A DNA stretch of 58,468 nucleotides, filler included, from Sphacelaria rigidula (Eukaryota): assembly GCA_964200075.2 (NCBI GenBank). It is 8 parts of 8 records of this genome, joined end to end, with 100 filler letters (N's around TTAATTAATTAA, not from the genome) between each part and the next. Parts side by side here need not be neighbours in the genome. Positions count along the whole stretch, not along the records: positions 43,929 to 51,148 come from CAXNAA020015901.1; positions 51,249 to 58,468 come from CAXNAA020015902.1; 6 more parts are not named here. One strand, given 5' to 3'. Numbering within the stretch: position 1 is the first letter of the stretch; every line of letters begins with the position of its first letter. The notes beneath the pieces are model-generated. The model worked only from the letters and a program-made list of their open reading frames with translations. It was not told the DNA's origin and ran no database searches. The translations under genes and the position numbers were made by a program. Shown here one piece after another: positions 50,543-58,468 of this stretch.

Positions 50543-50679
50543 TTCGTGAGGTCATTCCTTTCGATCTTGTTGGAAAGCGCGTCCTCGAGCCCAGGGATGG
50601 AGGAGCTGATTTTCCTGAGCTTATTTCCTATCGCAGAGAGCGCGCGGGTAACCTCTTCGTTGTCCGCCTTCGACGACAT
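50543..50679 (-). CDS. DUF4795 (QRICH2/C16orf96-like) coiled-coil protein, exon A
   Basis: acacag|ATG...ACGAA|gtaag; reads MSSKADNEEVTRALSAIGNKLRKISSSIPGLEDALSNKIERNDLT(K), with KAD..EV and L..K.ER..L coiled-coil motifs. Confidence 0.7.
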
Positions 50680-51329
50680 CTGTGTTCAACCGGTGTGCAA
50701 AAGGCAAAACAAATCGATTGGCATACTAAGAATATATTGTTGTGAACAAGAAGTGGTTCCAGTCACCACCACGTGACGCTGGAGGTCTGACTCACAGGCA
50801 TATATACGTCACGCTTATCGTCGAAAAACTGGATGATGACCGCTTTGCCTACGGTTCTCTCTCGTCGGAAAACTGTGCCGAGGTATGGGCCCACTATGAC
50901 ACCAATACAGATAGCCTGGGTTATTTGACTTTTCTCCAGCGAGTGTTTCCGTTTTATATCATCTCGGGTATGTCTATCCTGTAACCACGGCCGGATCCCG
51001 TGGGGGATTAGTTAATATGCGGCAATCAATCAACCAATGTGACACGGTTATTCTCAGGCAGCCTGTGTCAAGAATGCACGATTAGGACAAATCATCACGA
51101 CTCAAAATCACGAATTTCACGATTTCTTCGGCCTGATTGCCCAAAAGGNNNNNNNNNNNNNNNNNNNNNNNNNNNNNNNNNNNNNNNNNNNNTTAATTAA
51201 TTAANNNNNNNNNNNNNNNNNNNNNNNNNNNNNNNNNNNNNNNNNNNNCATGTACCTTGGCTATCGATCGCATTGACCGTGGCGGCGGAAGCCGCCGGAC
51301 CCCTTGTATATATATATATATATATATGA

Positions 51330-51712
51330 ACGTATGTGTTACGTTTCATTGCGATTTGTTTTTGCACAGTCCCTTTGCCTGAAGCCATGCGGCAGGGGCC
51401 TGATGAGAGTATCTTCTCGGTACCAAGAGTAGATCTTAGCCTCGCGATCTCCTTGTATTCCTCCATTCCTCTCCTTCCCTTACCTTCCTTATTTTGTTTT
51501 ATATATTCTTTTTCTTTCCTTCTTCATATCCAGTATTATAAGTATGCCTTATTCCTCTCTCCCCCCCCCCCCATTTTCTCTCTGCCCTCGATTATCCATT
51601 GGCAGGTGTAGCGAGTGAGTAATTTCAAGGTATGTTATCTTGATGACGTCTATCTTGTGACCGCGGTTCGATTCGGGGCGGATCAGTTGATGTGAGACAA
51701 TGAGTCAATCAA
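51330..51712 (+). mobile_element. Probable 3' UTR remnant of a second retroposon family with an (AATC)n tail; related copy at ~50960-51040
   Basis: GTCTATC.TGT.ACC.CGG....AT...G.GG..GAT.AGTT.AT.TG...CAAT...CAATCAA occurs at both loci. Confidence 0.5.
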
Positions 51713-51918
51713 TCCACAGATCGATGAACGATGTTTGCACAACATCCGAAGCTGTCACACTCAGAATGCTGGTGCAGATACTGTAAATGTAGTTTGCACA
51801 AGCCCAGTTGCCGTCGAAGAGGAATCTGACCCCACTAAACCAACCATGTCGAAACACAACGGATGGTCATTTCATTTCCAAGTCCCCCTCATTCTGCAGT
51901 ACTGTACCGTATGCTGAC

Positions 51919-52190
51919 CTGCATCCAAGTATCTGCCCCTCCGCCAATCGCACCATTGCTTCCTCGAAAACCCATCCCGGAGCCCGGGTTGATCCTGCAG
52001 ATAGCCCCCAGCCTGCCAGTTGAGGTCGCTTGTCTTTCCCTGCCTCCCGCGGCTCCCCTCGCGCATCAGTATCTGTCGTCTCTTTAGCCTGTCCTGAAGA
52101 CGATGACGACGATGGTGCCTTCAGAGACCATTGCAGTTTTTCAACGACTCCGCCGGAAAGATCTCGCAACGCTTCACAAGTATCTCTTCG
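51919..52190 (-). CDS. Possible internal exon of an unknown gene
   Basis: Stop-free RRDTCEALRDLSGGVVEKLQWSLK...GWVFEEAMVRLAEGQILGC with donor CAG|gtcagc; acceptor uncertain. Confidence 0.35.
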
Positions 52191-52271
52191 CTCCGTGTTG
52201 TTTTCGTTTTCGTCATCGTTATCGTTTTGCGTTGAAATAGGGGGAGAGGGAGGGAGAAAAGTGAGGGACAG

Positions 52272-52664
52272 GAGGGGGGGGGGGGGGGGGGGGGGGGAGG
52301 TGGTACTCATTTGTTGCTTGCCTTGGTCATTCGACCGTTGACCATGCGTCCCTTTCGAGACGGAGCACCGTTCCTACTCCTAGTAGAGACACCGCCAACA
52401 TTTTGGTGTCCATTACGTTTCTTCCGTACATTACACAAAACCTTTCACATATCTTATCCCCTTCCTGCTTTGCTGGCTATGGCCACCATCTATCTCCGAG
52501 TATAGAAATCGTTTACTCGCTACTGCCTAATGTACCAAACGATTTCGTACCACCTTCGTCATTTTCTTGGAGGAGGGGGGGGGGCGTACTCATTTGTCGC
52601 TTGCCTTAGTCATTTGACCATTGACCACGCATCCCTTTCGAGACGGAGCAGGGGGGAAGGGGGG
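52272..52664 (-). mobile_element. Truncated LINE 3' end followed by a solo terminal module (52585-52650)
   Basis: G-run plus GTACTCATTTGTTGCTTGCC... up to 52560; a second module is bounded by G-runs. Confidence 0.85.
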
Positions 52665-53810
52665 ATATCAACTACACAAAACAACGAGTTAATACGCTGG
52701 AGGTTTCGATGGAATTGAGAACAAACCTGGATCTCTTGTTCACCCGGCAATACTGTTGCTGTTGGACCAGACAGGGGCTACATGATGCTAATCGCATCCC
52801 GTTTGAAACCTGCTAATATTGTTGTCCTCTGGCGACTGCATAACTAAAAGTTGAGAACATATCTCCGTGTTCATATGTTGAAACAAGAGGACGTGAGGAG
52901 CGCAACAACATAAATAGTTGGTGTGGCGCGGGAGTGACGATAGTCATCATCCCATTCACGATAACAAAATGTAAGCAATGTACATGACGGAAGAGAGACG
53001 GGGTGACCCCTTGAAGCTGTAGATTCGTCGCGGGAAAGTAGAGAGTTTGAAGGTATGACCAATAAATGTGGGAATCAGACTAGGAAATGTACAAATTGCC
53101 AGTGACGATGTTAGGTAGCATTTTCCCCGGCGCACAGTCTCGCTGGAATAGCGACGATCTCGCCGAGCAGGATTCGCCGATGCCGCGCTTTACAACTAGA
53201 CCCGGGAATCTACTTAAACGTCGACCAGTCTAAGACCGATCGCCACTCGAACCCTTTCAAACGTAGAGCTCCTCCACGACCATTGAATCTGGTGGAGAGT
53301 TGTTCGTTACTTGGAATGGCAAATACGAGGGATGAAGACGAAAAACTATTCACGTTTCGCCGACACATACCCTCGAGACGACTACTTCCGCTCGAATTCG
53401 GGCGGTAACACCCATGTACATGTGTGTCGAGGTACGCCCACGAGGACTCCAACGTCCTGATCGTTGGCAACTTGCGGAGGGAACTTGCTTGCTCTTTCGG
53501 TGTGCTGATGCCATTGTTTAACCCACACCGTAGTGCACACAGTGTTGCAGAGGGTACATTTCTCCTGAAGGGTTGATTACAAACCTCACCACAACATGGA
53601 CGTTCTTGATTATGCACCTCAAGGTCCTCTCCCTCATGCCGCACTTGTGTGAGGCACAGCTTGAAGTGTATATAATATAGAGCCTAGAAAGGAATGGGCG
53701 CTCACCCCCACGCACACAGAAGGCTGGTCGGTTTTCTCGCGTCTTGACGGAGATGAGCAAGGAGCCAAACAACATCGTACGTGTTGCCGTAATGAACCTA
53801 TTCTCAATCT

Positions 53811-56800
53811 GGGGGGGGGGGGCGTACTCATTTGTTGCTTGCCTTAGTCGTTTGACCATTGACCACGCATCCCTTTCGAGACGGAGCAGGGGGCGGGGGG
53901 GGCGTACTCATTTTTTGCTTGCCTTCGTCGTTTGACCGTTGACCACGCACCTCTTTCGAGACGGAGCCCTGTTCCTACTCCTGATACAGGCACCTTCAAC
54001 ATATAGGTGCTCATTACGTTTTTTTCGTACATTACACAAAGCCTGTTGCATATCTTATCCTCGTCCTGTTTCACCGTCTGTGGCAACCATCTGTCGCATA
54101 GTATAGCCATCGTTCTTTCGCTACTGTCTGATGCATCAAACGATTTCATGCCACCTTCGTTCACGTCCCGCATTTCCCCCTTCAGCATGTCCCATTCCCC
54201 CTTGTATAGTTCACTTTCTGTTACTATGTGAGTTCTACTCTCTGCTGCTTTGCCACAGAGGCAATTGTGTGCACCTACTCTCTCCTGCTCTCGACTACTG
54301 CTTATCTCTTCCTTCTTTCTGGCAGGTCCAGGTCTCCCACCCGAAATGGCTTTCAATTTTTCGCCGCGTCCATGGGACCATGAAGATATGTTTTCATTCC
54401 AATCCCCTTTCTCAACCCCCCGTATGTTTTCAGTGTTGTTTCTCGTCTACTTTGCGTCTGAGCGCTCCTCTTCCCGTTACTTCGATCACGTCTCTTACTC
54501 TTGTCTCGTACCCCGCCCTCCCACCTATAGACAGTACTTCGTCTTGGCTTCCTCCAATCTCCTTCCATACTTTCTCGACTTCTTTATTCCACCTTAATCC
54601 CGCCTGCCCTTGCGTAATCTTCTTCCATACAGCCCTATCAACTATAGCTGGCAGTCTCTTTCTCTGCATGTTCGTCAAGCTATATTGCCATCGTAATTTC
54701 CTCATGTCTCTGTTTTGAGTGAGTACATTCCCAACTCTGCTCTCAAAACTGTATTACTCGTCGTTTTCGGGCATCCAAGTATCTTCTTAGCTGTTGCCAT
54801 CTGTACTGTTTCTAAACTCTTCACCAACTTCACGTTCCCCTCCCATACTTCTGCTGATATTCCAACTTTCGCACAATCACGTTCATCAGAATACATCTCT
54901 TAATCCTAGTGTCTAGGTGCGAGTCTCTGAGGATCACGTGCATCCTGCCTATCTGTCCCTTACCCTTTTCTGTTACTTTGTTATGTATGCGTCCCAACAA
55001 CTTTTTTTAGATCTTTACACCAATGTATGTATGCTGGTCTACGATCGGCAGTTCCACTTCCCCCCCATTCCCTTTTGAACTCTACCAGACCTTTCTTATC
55101 TTCGTTACAGAATAGTACCGTGCAGTTGTTAACGTTCGCTGCAACTCTCCATTTCCCAGTGTATTCTAGAGCCTTTTCCATTTGTTTTTGCAATACTTCG
55201 GCTGTTCCTGAAATCCCCACAAAACCATCCGCGAACATCAAACCTGATATCACATCTTCACCCACCTCGACTCCTTGATTTTCAGCTTATATCTTAACCA
55301 TCAGGTCATGAATAAACACCTTGAATAAAGTGGGCGATAATGTACATCCTTGTGCAACCCCTTGTAAAATATCGAAACATTTCGATATTTTCTCATCTAG
55401 CATCATGGCACTCCTGGCATATTCTGCCATCTTCTTCGCCATCCTCCACATCTTTCTTCTGATCTCAGTTTCACACAACTTTTTCCACAGCCCATTTCTT
55501 CATGCTGTACCATGAGGCTTTTGTTCGTCCAGAATGAAACAGTACGTTGTCAACTCGGGGTCTTTCCTACCTCGAACAATCTTACCTAGTCTGTACACAT
55601 GGCCTACGCAACGACGGTTTGGTCTAAAATCTGCTTGCCCCTCGCTGAATTTTTCTGCCCTTTCTAGCATCGTTCCCACTCTATCTTCCAGAATCTTGCA
55701 GAATATTTTCTCTACCGTGCTCAGTAGCGTTATCCCTCTATAATTTTCTGGGTCAGCCCTGTCTCTTTTCCTTAAAAGGTTGACTACTCCTTCTCTCCAT
55801 CTCTTGGATGTTTTCTCGTTTTTCTAGATCCAGTTATACAGCATAACCATCATGGCAATCATTCCCTCCCCCCATACTTCAGAAGTTCATTCGCTATTCC
55901 GTCTGCCCCAGCTCCCTTTCTGTTCTCGAGTTTAGCCACGCACTCCTTTACTTCATATCAGGTAAAGTCTCTCTGCAATTCTTTCGAGCCATTATCCTCC
56001 CGATTTGACGCCTCTACATTCGCCTCTGCCCACGCATTGATTTATTTTTCAAATTCCATGTCGAACTTCATCTCAGTTTTTGGTGTCCCAAATTTACGGT
56101 GGTGCTCGACTAGCATTTTTCTCTCCCCCTCCGAACTATCACCCATTTTACCGTCCTGTCCTCGTAGTGTGGTTCACCCCCCTGTCTACCCTTCCTGCCT
56201 GGTTTCCCGTAATCTCCTTTACCCTTACCCACACTTGTTTCATCCCGCCGTCGAAATCTTCATTCGTATATTTCACTATATCTTCCCATACTCGCTTCCT
56301 TTTCTTCTGCACCATCTCCTTTACTTATTTTCGAGCTTTTTTGGACTCCTCCCATCCTACTGTAGTTTTACCTGATATCCATCTCGCGTGGGCCTCTCTC
56401 CTTACCCTTCTATCGTCTTTCACTTCTTCATCCCACGCCATCTCACTGCTCTGTTGCATACGACCAGGTTTTTCCCCATGACTTCGCTCGCTGTGCCCTT
56501 GACCAGCTGCTCCCACCCTTCAATATTCTTCGCTCCTGCTAAATCACTTTTCATTTCGGTATCAACTGTACCTGCGTGTTCCAACAATTCGGAAAAATTC
56601 GCCGCATTTATAGCAATCTCTTGGAACTTTTGCTGATTTTTTCCTCCACTTCTAGTTTATCGATCCTCCACTTGTACAACTTACGACGCCGCCTCTTTAT
56701 TTGGCTCTCGTCTTTTGGCTTCCTGTTCATATTGGGCAATGATCTGTAGTTCCCAATTCCTCCGCGCATACATGTACTCCCACTTTTTTACTGTTTCAAT

Positions 56801-58468
56801 GCTCTACCACCATATAGTCAAGAACGGAAGCGTTCTCTGCCGTCTTTACAGTTTCTAGCCCATGTCCATTGCGCCTCTGGCTTTTGTGCTCTATCGTTCG
56901 GCGTCTTCATCTCGTTATGCTCGAGGAACTTGAGCATTTCTACCCCAGTGGTGTTCCTTTTCTCTTCCCCGTATCGCTCAATGATAACATCCGGTTGACC
57001 TGCTTTCCCAACCCATGCTTAAAACCTCCCACTAGCATTACTTCTCCTTGCTTTTAAGACTTATGTACATCTGTTGCTATCTCTCCAAACCTACGCTGAA
57101 TATCGTCTACTCTACTCTTCGATTCCGGGGGCATATAAATGTTCTCTACGAAGAACGCCTTCGCTCGCCGCTCTCCTGGTACCCTTATCCACATGCTCTC
57201 GTCGAATGTCGTGTCGTCGATCACTTTTTTTAATACCACACAGATATTCCTTGACTAAGAATCCTACTCCCCCCGCTCTCCTGTTCTTGGAGTTATGTTC
57301 TTTCCGCTTTTTCTCAGTCCATGCGATTTTTTTTCTTTGCATTCTACTTCCGCCCCCTCTTTCTGCCATGCCTCTTGTGTTCCTACTATATCTAGGTCGA
57401 GTTTTTCTCACTTGTTGCGCCATCTCTCTCCTTTTTCGCTTGTCTGTGACGAGCCCACACACGTTCCACGATCCTATTCTCAACTTCCTTGCCGAATCAT
57501 TATCTGCTCTCTTCTTGTTTCCCATCCTCTTTCCGCGTATCTTACTTCTACTTTCACTTGCTTGATTGTTCTGTCCCTTGCCGGTTTGATCTTCGTCTAG
57601 TTGCTTCGGGCCGCCATGTCCCCTCGCCTTCCCCTTCCGGGAACTTACCTATTCCTGCCTCTTTGTTCCTTCGCTTTCCCGTAGATTACGCCTTAGGTTT
57701 GTTGTTCCATCAGCAATGCATACTTTCCATCCTACCTTTCTAACCCGTGCCGACACCGTACTTGTCTCTATCCTTTCTCACTCCTTGCTCGCGCGCTGTT
57801 CTAGCGTACTCGGAAGTGTTCTCGATCCCCTTCTACTTTTCCTCTCGCCAAACAATATAGTCCAACTCCATTGCATTTCTTTTTAAACTCTATTCTTGTC
57901 ATATCGCTACGAGTACGAACTCCGAATATCAGCACTGCTGATGCTTTATCCGTCCACTCTTTACTCCGCCATCCGCCCTTCCTTAAAGTCTCTCTCTCCA
58001 TCTCTCTCGAAAAAATCTCCAGCTTGTTGGTTTCAAATGTATTAGTGGGATATCTTCAACGTACTGGGACATCCCAGCCCTAGTACTTGTTCGGGGTCTA
58101 GTGCCTTCTAGTTCTTTTGCTGGCTTACTGCCCCTGAATGATGCCTCCAACACGGGCTCGTAGCCTGAAGCCAGGTTCAACACCTTTGACACAAGTACCC
58201 CCCTTTTGTGCCAGGCGATCTTCATGGTAAAACATCCAGGCGTCCCACGATCGCATTTCCTATCTTCCTGCCCAGCTACTGTAGTGGTTACTTTCCTCCA
58301 ATGAAGTTATTTTCGCCGTGTAAGGTTCAACGACGGCTTGCATAATCTTACTCACATCGGGATGTCCCGTACATCACTCTTCCATTCCGTGCACGATTCA
58401 TAATGGGTCGCTACTCCACCGATGCTTCCGAGTAGACCTTCGCTGCCGAAAGCTTGACCAACGATTCC
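53811..58468 (-). mobile_element. Near full-length degenerate APE-RT LINE (ORF1 remnant plus ORF2 pseudogene)
   Basis: APE start KLRIGSWNVCGL (~57455-57490) and GGVGFLVKE. RT motifs QGVAQGCTLSPTLF and LMFADGFVGIS (FADD mutated). Also KILGCPKTTSNTVLRAELG and C-terminal CLCGKAAESRTHIV. Probable ORF1 remnants above 57750. Numerous frameshifts. Confidence 0.92.

Noticed and set aside
7224..51248. Regularly spaced TTAATTAATTAA palindromes about every 7.32 kb
   Set aside because: Artificial contig linkers embedded in Ns. Co-location of PPR, TRM2, CPSF3 and the other genes in this window is therefore not a gene cluster.
51655..51685. tRNA gene suggested by GGTTCGATTC
   Set aside because: No cloverleaf or acceptor stem; the motif is not kept in the related repeat copy at ~50980.

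Overview
This is eukaryotic genomic DNA, not prokaryotic. The GT-AG exon/long-intron architecture, (CCCTAA)-type motifs and repeat landscape suggest a stramenopile, most likely a brown alga (inference). The window is artificial: eight unrelated ~7.22-kb scaffolds (1-7223, 7324-14545, 14646-21866, 21967-29187, 29288-36508, 36609-43828, 43929-51148, 51249-58468) joined by 100-nt N44-TTAATTAATTAA-N44 linkers, so neighbourhood across linkers means nothing. Host genes I could rebuild by splicing phase-compatible exons: a TRAPPC13/TRAPPC14-like gene, a likely complete mitochondrion-targeted 10-repeat PPR gene, the 3' end of a Trm2/TrmA m5U methyltransferase, the 3' end of CPSF73/CPSF3, and the 3' end of a DUF4795 (QRICH2/C16orf96-like) gene. 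Most other sequence is transposon-derived: degenerate APE-RT LINEs, a decayed DIRS/Ngaro tyrosine-recombinase retroelement with two internal tandem arrays, several MITE families, tRNA-like SINEs and a ~0.95-kb foldback palindrome. The most unusual signals are (i) two unrelated TIR-bounded elements built from ~42-bp units of conserved palindromic motifs with hypervariable spacers, (ii) a LINE family whose ORF2 runs to a poly(C) end, appears to target C-runs and leaves ~66-bp terminal modules, and (iii) a GAC...GTC MITE with 4-bp TSDs. I found no CRISPR-Cas, rRNA or intact tRNA gene. All family assignments come from motif recognition, not database searches.
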